From: Isurus oxyrinchus
Taxonomy: Eukaryota
Assembly: GCA_026770705.1 (NCBI GenBank)
Contig: JANJGN010000042.1
Span: forward strand, 4,092,001 to 4,156,000
Direction: 5' to 3'
DNA length: 64,000 nt
The position numbers and the translations under genes were made by a program. Positions 25,950-38,956 of the stretch are shown here, one piece after another; the stretch's first letter is position 1; each line of letters begins with the position of its first letter. The notes under the pieces were generated by a model. The model searched no databases. It was given only the letters and a program-made list of their open reading frames with translations, and was not told where the DNA came from.

Positions 25950-26300
25950 TCACATGTCATGGATGTCACTGAACAGGCCATCATTTGTTGCCCATCCCTA
26001 ATGACCTTTGTCCTGAGTGGCTTACTAGGCCATTTCAGAGGACAGTTAAGAGTCAACCACATTGTTGTGGGACTGGAGTCACAAGTAGGCCAGGCTAGTT
26101 AAGTGAACCAGATGAGTTTTTACAACAAACTGTGATAGTTCCATGGTCACTATTGCTGGGGCTAGTTTCACAATTTCTGATTCATTCAACGAGTTTAAAC
26201 TCTATCTGCTGCCGTGGTTTGATTTGATCCTCCCTCTCTAAGGTGTTAGCCTTCACACCTGGATTATTAGCTTTATGACAGTGCAACGGCGCCACCATCA
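25950..26300 (-). mobile_element. SINE / LINE-tail repeat
   Basis: catttgttgcccatccctaat...ggccatttcagaggacagttaagagtcaaccac; same family as 14190 and 53110. Confidence 0.55.
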
Positions 26301-27169
26301 TCCCAATGATATGGAGAGAAAAAACATGCAGAGAAACACAGAGAGGTTTGGAAATCACACATACAATTGTGCTGCTTTAGGTTACACTGGGGATACGTAA
26401 CTCCTTTCAGTTTAAGATTCTACTTCAACCAATATATTGGTTTCATTTGTCCAATCCAGATATTTGAAGAAAGTTTATTTGAGATGTAAACTATTGTATC
26501 TCAATTAACCAATTATAAGAAACAATAATTCATCGAAATGGATGAAATTATTTGAAAAGCAAGTATACAAAAATAAATCTGCAGTCTCTTTGTCCGCAGT
26601 GCTTTAGGCAAACTCGCTAAATGGTCACAGCTTTCCCTTTCGGGCCTGAAAAGACCTGGGTATATCTCAAATTATTCGGGAAGACTCAGGTAGCCCAAAA
26701 TTGGAGCAACAAAAAAAAAAATGTTGGCACTATGCAACGGCGACACGAGTGGTATTGTCCACGAATTGGTTGAAGATAATAGAACAAGCCAAGTTTCTAC
26801 TCACCAGGCAATTGAGTAACGCAATGTATGAATCCCAGCGCCAGCAAAGTGAGTCAGAGATCTCAGCGATTGGTCGGTCAAGTCAAACAAAATGTCCCTC
26901 CACCCGGTACGTAATATACAGAACAAAGATCCAATTGAAGCAGCCCGCGCTTGTAAAACTCGAATCAAAACTCCAACAGTTAGAAATGATTCCACGAATG
27001 GTCACAGTCATTGAGAAGCCTTGAGTGCGCTAATTGCGGCACACTAGCAAGAACTTCAAGGTAATCAGTCAAGTTGTTCACGTGGTTCATTAAAACTTGT
27101 CAGGGGCAACATGCATTCACAAACAAGGACTCGATCTCTGCAAACTAAATAAATTTTCCTAGGTTTTTT

Positions 27170-27590
27170 TCAAATTTTGTGTCCAGAATTTAGGCTTCAC
27201 TGGCTAGGCTAACATTTATTGCCAATCGCCAATTGTCCTTCGGAAGGTGATGGTGAGCCGCGTTCTTGAACCACTGCAGTCCATGTGGTGTACATACACC
27301 ACAGTGCATTTACCGAGGAAGTTCAAAGATTTAACCTCCACCACAGTGAAGGAGCGATGATCTGATCGAAGTCTGGATGGTGTGTGGCGTGGAGGAGAAC
27401 TTGAATTCGATGGTGTCCTTATTTATTTCTTGCCCTTGATCTTCTAGGCAGTAGAGATCGTAGGTTGGTAAGATGATGTCTAAGAAGCCTTGGTGAGTTC
27501 CTGAAATGCATCCTGTACGTTGTTCACAACTGCTGCCTCTTTGCATCGGTGGTGCAGGGACTGTTTGTTTGTCGATGCGGTGGTAATAGC
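27170..27590 (-). mobile_element. 3' fragment of the CR1/L2-type LINE seen at 40237-41478
   Basis: Reverse complement of the 41100-41470 tail (gaaggtgatggtgagccg..ttcttgaaccactgcagtcc). Confidence 0.65.
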
Positions 27591-27599
27591 TAAGTGATG

Positions 27600-28745
27600 A
27601 TAAGAAATTGCAACAGCAGTAAGCCATTAGGCCGCTCAAGCCTGCCCCGCCATTCAATAACATCATGGCTGATCTGCACCAGGTCTCAAATCCTCTTTAC
27701 TGACAGCTCATCATGAAGCTCAACTCACGATATTTCAAAAATCTATCCATCTCTTCTTTAAATACCTTCAGAGATCAAGCCTCCACAACTCTCTGGGGTA
27801 GAGAATTCCAGACATTCAATACTCTCAGAGAGAAGATATTCCTTCGCAACTCATTTTGTATGTGTGGCCCCTTATTATGTAACTATGTCCCCTTGCTCGA
27901 GATTCCCCCACTAAAGCGAACATTTTCTCAACATCTACCTGTCAAGCAACCCCTCCCCTCAGGATTCTGTTCGTCTCAATAAGATCATTCCTCATTCTTC
28001 GAAGGGCTAATAAATAAAGTCCTAATGTGTTTAGTCGTTCCTGATAAGTCAACTCCATCATCCCAGGAATCAGCCTAACGAATCCCCTTTGAACTGCATC
28101 TGATGCCAATATATCAATTCTTAAATACAGGGGCCGAAAGCGTTCACAGCACTCCAGGTGGGGCCCCACCGAATCCTGCATATTTGTAACAAGACCTCTC
28201 TATTTTTTAAACTGTAACCCCCTAGCAACACAGACCAAAATGCCATTTGCCTTCTTAATTACTTGTTACATTTGCATGTTAACGTTTTGTGCTTCGTACA
28301 CAGGAACAATCAGAGCCTGCACGTTTTTGAAGTCTCTCTCCATTTTAATAGTCTGTCTTTTGATTCTTCCTACAAAAGTGAATGACCTCACACTTTCCAG
28401 CATTAAACTCCATCTGCCAAGTGTTTTTGCTCACTCACTCAACCTATCTACAACACCTTTTACATTCCTTATGTCCTTTCACAACATGTCTTCTCACCTA
28501 TTGCTGTAGCATCAGCAAATTTGGATACATCACACTCTGTCCGCTCCTCCAAGTCATTGCAATAGCTAATAAATAGTTGAGGTGCTAGGACTGATACTGT
28601 GGCACTCCATTTGTTGCGTCTTTCCAACGCTTCTGAAAAGGACCCATTAATCCAGACTCTTTGTCTCCTCTCTGTTATCCAATCCTCAATCTGTGCTAAT
28701 ACATCTCTCTCAATACCACGGGCTCTTAACTTGTGCAATAAGTTC
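27600..28745 (-). mobile_element. CR1 LINE 3' part, decayed
   Basis: KLRARGIERDVLAQIEDWITERRQRVWINGSFS, VSKFADAT, VGPHLECCERFRPLYLRIDILA, LGLYLLALRRMRNDLIET. Confidence 0.9.
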
Positions 28746-28760
28746 TGTCAAGTTCCCTCA

Positions 28761-28799
28761 AGTTCTGTCGAAGGGTCATGAGGACTTGAAACGTCAACT
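28761..28799 (+). ncRNA. Minimal type I hammerhead ribozyme-like motif (variant core) in a Penelope-derived tail
   Basis: AGTT|CTGTCGA|A|GGGTC ATGAG GACTT|GAAAC GTC|AACT: stem I AGUU/AACU, stem II GGGUC/GACUU, GUC cleavage triplet; core is CUGUCGA rather than CUGANGA. Confidence 0.55.
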
Positions 28800-29929
28800 C
28801 TTTTCTTCTCCGCCGATGCTGCCAGACCTGCTGAGTTTTTCCAGGTAATTCTGTTTTTGTTTTTAACTTGTAACAGATGTTCCTCATCCCTGTCATTATT
28901 TCGAAAGCTATAAATTCCTTGCAAAATGTTCTTCCCAGAACTGGACTCAGATGCTCCAGCTGAGCCAAAACGTTCTTGTGTTTTTATCCTAGGTTGCTAC
29001 TTATAGAATCAAACATCCTGTATGCCGATTTATAAACATATGGGACATGTATTTTGCTCCTGCAATCCCATTACCATCATATCCTTTAATCGAGTTTTCC
29101 TATCCTTATTCTTCATTCGAAGATGATCCACTTGACAGATAGCTACGTTAAAGTTAATCTACCAACTTGTATGCCCATTTTATAAATCTGTCTATGGCTT
29201 TTGGAAGTTCAGCACCCTCGTCACATTGGTTTGCAATATTTCCAAGTTTTGTCGCATCTGTAAGCTTTGAAATTATGTCACGTACACCCAAGTCAAAGCC
29301 ATTATATATATCCAGAAAAAGGGTGCTGACACCAACTCCTGGCGAAATCTTCCTCCAATTAGAAACATTTTTTGACTCGTAAGGTCACTTTTTAAGAATA
29401 CTGATGTAAGAGGAAAACAGCAATTTATACTGCATGTGAAGAGAGTGCTGATTGCTTGGCAAATGGACTCTGGCAGAGGAATTGTCATGGAGAATGCACC
29501 AATTATGGCGACTGAAAGTTAACTTCTAAGCTTTGTTTGAAATTTTAGCTAGGCAGCTTGGCCTTGATTAGTCAATGCATTGCCTTGAGGAATGAGTCAG
29601 CGAATGGCAGTCACTTATTGTGTTCAGCTGAACCAGGCACAATGTGTGTGCATGTCTTTTCTGCTTGCAAAGAACAGGGCCCTGTGTATTAAAATATGCA
29701 GCGCCCAAATACATGCAAATGCAACATTCTGCAAGCCCAAATGATAATCTAAATTGGTTGTCAGCGTTATTCTTAGTGCAATTATTTTTTTTTAAACAAA
29801 TGTTCTCGAGTTCTTGAATCGCATCCAATGTTGAACACTGTAATTTGAGCTTTACCAGCTTGGCCCGGCCGGTTGGATATGTTCTGTACTTTGCCCGTTT
29901 CGAGGTTCAGTGAGCAGCAACATTTGTAT

Positions 29930-32100
29930 GATTTATGCCATTTAGAAACATTATATTTCCCTTTCTTACCGCCAAAGTGCACAACTTCACATTTGTGCAC
30001 TTTGTGCTCCGATAGGAAGTCCATCTGTTGCCCTCTCCCTTAACCTTTCGACATCAACTTTCAGCCTCCTTGTGTTCACCTCACAGCTTGCACCCGCACC
30101 TAGCATTGAATCGTCAGCAACTCAATTATTTTCCAGGTCTTTTCCGAAGTGATTAATGCAAATTGTAGCTGAGGCCATCATTGAAAGTTGCGGCACTCCA
30201 CTGGTGACAGCCTGCCAGCCTGAAAGTGCCCAGTAAACCGTATTATTTGCTTCCTCGACATTGACCAATCTTCTACTCATGCTAATGTATTCGCTTCAAA
30301 CCCATGAGTTATCATCTTACGAACTAACCTTTGTGTGGAATCTTGAGGGATTTAAGTTCGAAGTCCAAGTCTATGACATCAACTGGTATCTAAAAGGGGG
30401 CAAAAACGATGTCACTATCATAACCCATGAAGATCCTCCCCAATCATAGCATAAGTCTATTAATGAGTTGTTCAGAATTCTTAACAATCGATTCCCACAG
30501 TTCCTGGTGACCGAAGAAAGGCTCACTGTACTTCTGGTCGACATGTGGCATTTTTTTTACCATCTCTCTCTGCTGAAGTGCAAATAATGTCTGTCTCTCC
30601 AATTCCAAACATCTTTCTACAGCTTATCTTCTTCAGGTTTTGCAGTCGACCATCTTCAACAGCTTTGTTTCCTCCACAAATTCGGCCATTGTTGTTGTGT
30701 CATCGAGCTTCGGGTAATTATTAACGGCATTAAAAAAAAAGGTTCAAATAAGGAGACTCTAGGATATCCACTTTAACAGCCCCTCAGGCCAATTCATCTC
30801 TGTATCCATGCCTTATAGGCACTATGCATCAACATGCTAGTAACCCATTGAAAAATATATCCACTGATTCCAGCAACTGATTCCTAGATGAACTACGTAC
30901 AAGGACTAAAAAAGCCAAGGGTATCACATCCATTAAATGGACCCTACCTAGTGAAGTTTAATGATACAGACTCCCTTTCATGAACATATATCGACTATAT
31001 ATTGAGATAACTTTACATCCATCTGTTCCATGGCTTTATTTGCAGCAACGGTTGCACAGCATTACACACTCTGAACATCAAACTTATTACTTTGTACTTT
31101 CCTGGATCAAATTTGCATCTGCTTTTCTGGAGCACCAACCACTCTTTAATAGTCAGGGCTTTCTCTTTGATTTGTGTGCGGCACCCTGCAGGTTGCTTAC
31201 GTATTTGCATAAGGAAGCTCGATTAAATTTAAGTGGCCACTTAGGTCGACGAATCAGAATTGAATTTTGGACAGCTGTTCATCAACCATGTTGATCGCAA
31301 TGTGACCTGAGTCACAACGATTCTCTGACGCGCTCCATAAAAACAGTCATTTTTTAAATCCATGGAGGTGTTTTAAATATCTGCACGAAATTCGCCTATT
31401 CCCACTTCTCTACTAACAGTAAAAGAATATATTTCTGGGTCGCAATTACTGATGATTGAAAATTTGTCTGTCCCAATATCCCACTCCAATAACATGAAAA
31501 AAATACAATATCAATTTATTGTGCTCTCTTCGGAGAGTGTTTCTATATGCACGAGGAAATGCTGGACACATTTCGTCGGCTGGATAACATCTCGGGATTG
31601 AGAACAAAAAAACAGTTAACTGTTTCAGGTCGATGAGCTATCAACGAAACTGAAAAGTGTTAGGGGAGTTTTATGGAAATGCTGATTGGACTTTCAGTCA
31701 ACATGCGTGGACTATTCAGTGGACATATTCGTGAAAAATTTATCTTGGAACATTTAATCAGTTGAAATTTCCCAACCATCTGCAAATGTTGCGGCATTTA
31801 TCTCAATGGGAATTCCTTGATTTTTGAAGCACTACCATTCTGGATGACCCCGAGTCTTAATCTCATTTAAGATCATAATTTCCAACCAGTAGATTTCCTC
31901 GGCTTAATCTTCCTACCAAATTACACCACTTCAATCTTGGTCAGAATCAAATTACTTTGCCATTTATTCTCATGAGTTTTTGATATTCTTGTATTTGGTC
32001 ACATTTATCCTTAGCATAAGCAAAACCTCAGCCCTTCCTAAATTAGTGAGGTACGCAAATGTTTTATACTATACTTCCCAACACTGAGATCAGTTCATAC
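29930..32100 (-). mobile_element. Highly decayed CR1-type LINE fragments
   Basis: HKCEVVHFGGKKGK, RLSPVEC (tggagtgccgca) and other minus-strand RT remnants. Confidence 0.5.
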
Positions 32101-32860
32101 AAGTTCATTGTGGTAAATGGTGGCTAAAGTTGCTATCCCCATGGGTTATCGCTCCTACTTGGCACCCGTAGTAATAACTATATTCAATTCCTGCGCTCTG
32201 TTTTTCTTTTCTGTTTGTTTTATTTTGGTGGGAGACGTTAAAAAACCACTGGGAATATCTGGACTTTTTAAATAAGTTATTCATGGTGACCTGTGTATGC
32301 ACAAGCTGAACACGTGGTAGAAGCAGACTGCATAATATTTCTTCCAAAAATGAATCACTATTTAGAAAGGAAAATAAATTACTATGAGAAAGAGCATTGG
32401 AACCGGACAAATGGAATAGCACTTTCAGGAACAGGAATAATGCGTGTACTGGCCTCCATCCGTGCAGTGCAATGCTAAGCTTTGTTATCCATTTAGCTAC
32501 CGCAAAACTGAAATAAAATATTAATAATTTTATCCTCAATTAAATAAGCGGCTATAAAATGGTAGGCAAACGTGCACAAGTCAAAAAAGCAATGGCTTAA
32601 ACATAACAAAAGGCACTGGATGCTGAAGACGTGAATGTTCCGATGAAATGGCGTCGACGTGACACCTTGGCTTTCCATCTTTCTCCTCGTGAGTGTTATC
32701 TGTTTCTATATAATAACAGGTATTTTCACATGGATAAATTCCAGCTTTATTCTTGCATCACATAATTTTTAATGTATTATATGATTTCTTGTCGTTATTT
32801 TTTTTTTGCTGAGATTAATTGAGGTTCCCATTGGCCAACCCCTCGGTAATATCCGTGTAG

Positions 32861-32988
32861 ATTCCACAGACCACATCTGGATTGAAGGCTATGAGGACGA
32901 TAACGGGAACATCTGGACAAAATCTCTAACATTCATCGTCCTGTTCTTCCTGAGCATTTTCGACAGCATTGCCGTCACTCTGGTAAAG
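32861..32988 (+). pseudogene. Orphan immunoglobulin heavy-chain (IgM-like) transmembrane exon TM1
   Basis: Acceptor gtgtag|AT, donor AAG|gtgaga. Encodes (D)STDHIWIEGYEDDNGNIWTKSLTFIVLFFLSIFDSIAVTLVK, matching the IgH membrane pattern (acidic spacer, W, TFIVLF.LS.FYS..VTL.K) with Y>D. No CH exon found upstream in the window. Confidence 0.85.
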
Positions 32989-33229
32989 GTGAGAAGATTC
33001 AATCCACTCATGCTACAATCTGGCAGAAGCGGTTTGAAAATTTTCTAAACATTTCAACAATTAAAAGTAATAACATAAATGCACCTGATCATAAATATCT
33101 GCTTCATTATTGCCTCCTTCTTTTACAGATCAAGTGATTGGTTGAATTTGGACCTCGTAGCTTTTCCTCAGCTGTTTTTGCAGGTCTCTGTATTCCAATA
33201 TAAAATTTGTCTTCTTGGTGATTCTAAAG

Positions 33230-33265
33230 GTGAAATGTCTTCACTTTGTGATCCCGAATCTGTAA
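33230..33265 (+). pseudogene. IgH TM2 exon, with the usual stop lost
   Basis: Acceptor attctaaag|GTG AAA TGT ... TAA, giving VKCLHFVIPNL*. Canonical IgM TM2 is VK*. AATAAA at 33546. Confidence 0.7.
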
Positions 33266-34542
33266 CCGAACCTGCAGCAGTATTTCCGATTTCATGTATG
33301 AAAGGTGTGAGACGAAAATGGTTGTAATGTAATTGTAGCATCTAATTTCTCTGGAGTTAGGATTTGAATTGTAATTAAGTAACGTTTTTATCGTTATTCG
33401 TTATTACCCCCTTCCCTTTCTTTTGAGCCACAGTTTTCTCTTTCTGATCTATGTTCCAGTGGTACATACAATTTACCCAATCAGAGCGCATGTGTTCTGT
33501 TCCCTACGTGACCTCAGGCATTATATTCACTTCTGTTAACTTTAAAATAAAATTTCCTGTGAAATATTCTCTGATATTACTAATAAATCTGGAATGAGAA
33601 GTGAACTAACTGTGACTTTGCTGAATTCCTTTCCCCAAGGCCCATCGACACCGCTGCATTTTCCCTGTTACACATTTCTCCCCGTTTTACCATTCCTGTC
33701 GGGGTTCTGTTTACACCCATCGCCCCATCCGTGTAAGGAGACCTTTACCTCTGCCTGTTTCTGGCTATTGCCCGAGGCGGAATGATTGAACAGGGAGGGT
33801 CACCTTGGTGACTTCACTCTGGGCGGTCACAGACACATGTCTGGCAATTCTAAACTGTAGGGTTCGGCTTCATCAGAGGCTGATATAGGACAGGAAATTG
33901 GAGCAGAAAACATCCTTTAAAATACCCCATCAAACACTCCCACCGTTGGTGCAATCATGGTCAGAAAAAGGTTAAAGATCCCTCTGCAATGTCCGATTAA
34001 ACACTTTGAAGTGGGGATGCCACAGGCTAGATATATAACACAGGCAGAATACGGAGCACAAACCAAGGGATGTTTCCAGGGGCTGGGGCGTGTCTGGCAC
34101 TGCTATATTATTAAGTACAAATCCTGCAAATTATTACAGAGCTTTAGGTCTATTGGACATACGGGGGGCTGGGGGGGGGGGGGGGGGATCAAAACCGCGA
34201 AAATACTCAAAGATGGGGTCCAACTTTATGCTGCAAGTAACCATAAACATGGGGCTTGTTCACAGATCCTGGGGCCGATCGGATACTGAGACACTGGCTT
34301 TGCATTTTCTCTTCAATACATAAACAGATGTAGCCCGCACCTCACCCTGCCACACCCCTTTCCGTTCAGCATATACATGGTCCTTATTCCAGTAAACACA
34401 GGCCGACTCTCCACTTCCACCTTTTCTGTTAAATCCATTAGCGCTGTCATTCTCCCTTCTGCTTTGATAATGAACTGTATTCCTGATCAGCTCATTCCTA
34501 CTGATACCATCTCCCTGAACTCGCTGAACATCACCCCAGGGG

Positions 34543-34755
34543 TGAAAACAGAAAACGCTGGAAATATCAGCAGGTCTGATAGCATCTGCAGAGGCAGAAA
34601 CAGAGTGGTCTTCTCGATTCGGTATGACGCTTCTTCAGCTGAACTCGAAAGATCAACTCTGTTTCTCTCTCCTCAGATGCTGTCAGGCCTGCTGAGTTTT
34701 TCCAGCAATTTTTGTTTTTGTTTCAGATTTCCAGCATCCGCAGTATTTTGCATTT
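34543..34755. mobile_element. Palindromic Penelope-derived insertion
   Basis: Left arm gctggaaatatcagcaggtctgatagcatctg...aaacagagt is inverted relative to right arm actctgtttc...cagatgctgtcaggcctgctgagtttttccagc. Flanked by near-direct repeat atcaccccaggg / atcatcccaggg. Confidence 0.7.
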
Positions 34756-35099
34756 ATCATCCCAGGGATTTCGTTCTACCTGCTTCATCGTTTCGTCAGA
34801 CGATACTTCAGAGCCTCCCGATCACGGGAATAACAGCAGAAGTTTGTCTTCATATCCTGCTATCTTCCAATATCATCCATCTGAAACTGCGCCACTTTTC
34901 TCCAATTCCTCAGAGTTCAGGCGCGAGGTTCCATGTTGTTGAATAAAGGAAGGGTTAGGCAGAGAAAAATTACCTACACATCTTCAAGACTCGGAATGAT
35001 ATTTATGAATGAGTGGAGTTTTTGCTTAAACCCTGTCTCTCTCCCAATCTCTCTCCCTTCCTCTACCGCAAATCCCATCAGGACATCTGAATCAACAAC

Positions 35100-35330
35100 A
35101 GAAAAAGTTGTAAAATCTCAACAGTTCATAAAGCATCTGTGAAGAAAACGACAGGGTTAACGTTTCGAGCCCGCATGATTCTACTTCAGTCTTCTTATCT
35201 GAACAAAAGTCATAAAGACTCAAAACGTTAATCCTGTCTTTATCTCCACAGGTGATGTTGGACATGCTGAGGTTTTGCAGCATTTTCTCTTTTAGTTTTA
35301 GATTTCCAGAAACCGCAATATTTAGCTTTT
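35100..35330. mobile_element. Palindromic Penelope-derived insertion
   Basis: gacagggttaacgtttcgagc vs gactcaaaacgttaatcctgtc inverted arms; same family as 34543. Confidence 0.65.
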
Positions 35331-36124
35331 ACTGTTCAGGACTTCCCTCCTCTCATGGCTGCATTTTTTTTAACCGCTGTCATTGCACATGGGATTTGGG
35401 AGTGGCTTATTGATGCAATATAATGGGGATAAAACAGTAAGGCAGATTATTATCTGAATTGCTATAAATTGAGAGAGGGGAATGTGCAACGAGACCTGGG
35501 TGTCCTTATTGTTTCAGCAGAATGGATGTGTGAGTGACACACTTCTAGCTCCTGGAGCAGCTGAACAACCGTTCCCCAGTGAGAACAGACAATTAGTGTT
35601 TTGGCGGATCCATACTTTCTTCTGTTGTTCGTCCAGCGCTGTAATTATCATCCCAGGCATTCTCTGCTATGCCCCCGCCCCCTCCACACCCACAGGGAGA
35701 TCCTGGTGTATTGGTAATGTCACGATGTGGATGAGCTAAAAAGGCAGGCTCCCGCTCTAGCACAGATGTTCAAACCCTGTTACAGCAACTGGCTGAATTT
35801 CCATCAAAAAATCAGGAATTGAAACCCTTTCAGGAATGGGGAGGATTTCGGTCTAAATATGAAATCTCTGGTAATCTCCAGGAATTCCCCACATTCTGGC
35901 TGCTCCACGAGATTCCAGACTCACAGCAATGTGGCTGGTCCTGAAATAGTCTGGACACCGTGAGTTATATCAAACCGCTGCAGACAAGCAAAACCAGATG
36001 GACAACTTCTCTTCAAGAACGTCCCCACCAACAACTTATCCAGGGAAATGAGGGATGGAAATAAACACTGGCTTTGTCTGCAATGCTCCATTCAAATAAA
36101 GAATGCAATAAAAATCCAAACCTA

Positions 36125-37140
36125 TCGCATCGGAACAGAGGAACAGGAGAATGCCATTCAACCCATCGAACCTGTCCCACCTTTCATTGCGATCATGGAT
36201 GATCATCTCCTTCAACATCTTTCACCCACACTATCCTCATACCGTTTATATCTTTGGTATTTAGAAATCTGCCATTCTCTGCTTGAAACATACTCAATGA
36301 TTGTGCTTCGACAGCTCTCCGGGATGCAGAAATACAAACATTCGCAAACCACTGAGTAAAAAACAATTCTCCTCATGTCAGTCCTAGTGGCTTTACCCTT
36401 ATTTTGAAATTGTGTCCCCTGTTTCTAGATTCCCCGACCAGGGGAAACATCTGACCTTCATTTACACTTTCTTCCATTCAGGTGTTTTGTTTGTTATAAT
36501 GAGATCTTTTTGCTCATGTTTGGAAACTCTGGAGAATACAGGTCCAGTGTCCCCAATCCTTCTTCACAGGACAGTCACGCCATCCCTGATGCAAATCTGG
36601 TGAGCCTTCGATTCACTCCCTCAATAACATTGACTCCCTTCCGAATGTAAGGGGGCCACACCTGCACGTTGTACCCCAGGGGTGGCCTAACCAAGATTAT
36701 ATACAAAGGAAATGAGAATTCACTATGGCTGTATTCAAATCCACTTGTGAGAGAAGCTAACATTCTTTTCGCCTTCCTAAATGCTTCATATGTATGCCAG
36801 GTTTCAGAGACTTATTGATGAGGGTACACAGGCCCCCTTGTACAGCTACATTTTCCAGGCTCTCACGTTTTATGAAATAATCTGCACCTCTGTTGATCCT
36901 ACCAAGCTGGTTAACCTCACATTCTTCCACGTTAAATTTCATCTTTCCTGTTCTGTCCCCCTCACCAAGTCTGTCCAAATCGCCTTGAAACTGTTTTTCA
37001 CCTTCCTCACAATACGCGTTCCCACCAAGCTTTGTGTCATCCTCGAACTTGGAAATATTACATTTGGCGCTCATATCCAAATCATTCATGTGTTGTGAAC
37101 AGCTGGCTCTCAAGTAGTGAGCCTTCCAATTGCCCACTGG
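36125..37140 (-). mobile_element. CR1 LINE 3' part, decayed
   Basis: MNDLDMSAKCNISKFEDDTKLGG, MKFNVEECEV, LVRPPLGYNVQVWPPYIRKGVNVIEGVNRR. Confidence 0.88.
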
Positions 37141-38054
37141 CCAGATGCTGACAAAGTTTGATATTTCACTCTATACTCCATCACCCCCACCACCCCCACC
37201 CCCACAACAAAAAACACACACGTAGGTCGCCGGCGCCCCTCACCCCACACCTCACACTTTGAAATGACATGCTTCAGTTACTGCTGCAGCAGCAGGAGTC
37301 CTTTGGATCACGTAAGAGTGTCACAACACTGATGGAAGCCCTTGAAGCATTAGTCTGTTTCTCGCTACACAAAAGTAGCGAGGGCTGCTGATTATTCCCA
37401 GCATTGCTGTTTTTTATTTCAGTTCCGAGCACATTGGCCCCCCCCCTCTCTCTCCTCTCCTGAACATATTTTTCCAGATGAATTCAGGGGACATTTGAAT
37501 TGACGAATTTCACTGGAACATAACTTGTGCAGTGGAAATAAATCTTTATTTGAAACGAGGAGACTACCCGCTCCGAGATACTGTGACTGTTCAGCTCTAA
37601 AAACACTGGAATAAAATCACAGAAAGATTTTGAAAAGCTGCAATCACTGACTTTCGAACCTCTGAAACCCACCCTCCCATCTGCAGGTTGGTCTGAAATG
37701 TTTTGAACAAGATTTCCCTGTGATGCTGGAGACACTGCAGCATGTCCGCCCCTGGACTGTCACCTGCCCAAGTGGCCTTATCCTCCAAAGCCCCTTTCGA
37801 TAATGACATGGAACTCGAGCCTGGTGGGTGGGAATTTCACACACCAGGCCCAAGGACAACAGGAGAGTTGGAATAGCCGGGAAACCAGCAGGACAAACAG
37901 GACTGAGGTAAATTACTTCCCAAATGCACCGTTTCTGTTAGTCATTGAATCCTGGCGGTGAAAGATGAAAACTGGCCTCACCCTGTGCTCATCACCGAGG
38001 TGAAGAGATTGGGAATAAAACAGGGTCAACTCGTATTGATAATGGATATTCTTG

Positions 38055-38956
38055 TCACTGTTTAATACATTTAAAAATTACAGAAAAGGGATATTTCACT
38101 ACATTCTTCAGCTCATTTCTGAATTGAGTCTGGGTCACTGCATAAATGGCCGTGTTAGTGCAACAACTCAGGAGCTGAAATATAAATCCCAGTTCCTGCA
38201 CAAACCTAGGAAGGTATACAGGAATTGCATCTAACACATATAGCCTATTACAAACAGAATTTATCATAAAAACTAACCACAACAGGATAAAATTCCCCGA
38301 TATAGCAAACAGTAAAATGATGGATTTCCTGCGTTTCTCCATCTGTGGGTCCCTGGGTCTCTCCCCACTGCAGTGAGCCCGGAGTCTCCTGCGGGCTCTG
38401 CTCGACACTAAAATATATCTGACAGTTAAAGCGTTCAACATCAAAATCAAAACAAATGGCACAAATGGTGTTAAAATATAATGAAGACATTCGATTGCTG
38501 CCCACATTGATGAGAATTCAGCATCCGTCACTAATGTGCAAAACCAAGGAGCATTGGAAAGCGAATAATGACCTACATACATAATATACCAGAATGAATC
38601 CTTCACACAGAATAGCAGACTGACTGTTCCGAGAACCACAGCCGCCGTATGCTGGGTGCAATATTTTGTTTTCAACTTCTGGGAACAAATAGCCAGAAAT
38701 CTATCAAAGGTGAAAGAGACTGTGAACCAGACAGAACAATCTGTGGCTGCATAAAGCAGGACTGCATGGATATTACACACTTTAAACCTCCACATGAACT
38801 GAAACTGAGCCCAGTAAAGAATAGCAATTTGCCTGAATATGAGATCAAGGATAACGACTAGTAGATCCGCGGTTGCCATGGACACCAGGTAAAGGGAAAC
38901 ACATTTTGAGAGACCGCACCTTCCCCGAGACAGTGTCACAATAGTCAGTATGTTCA
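38055..38956 (-). CDS. GPR139/142-like GPCR (gene C), exon 2; full CDS join(44314..44218,38956..38055), 332 aa
   Basis: Acceptor ccttacag|TG AAC (VNILTIVTLSRGRCGLS). Uninterrupted frame with MATADLL, FTFDRFLAIC, APWFC, LSCCTNTAIY. A different subfamily from genes A and B. Confidence 0.92.

Noticed and set aside
34377-34946. 189-aa plus-strand ORF
   Set aside because: Runs through a palindromic repeat insertion and has no recognisable motifs.
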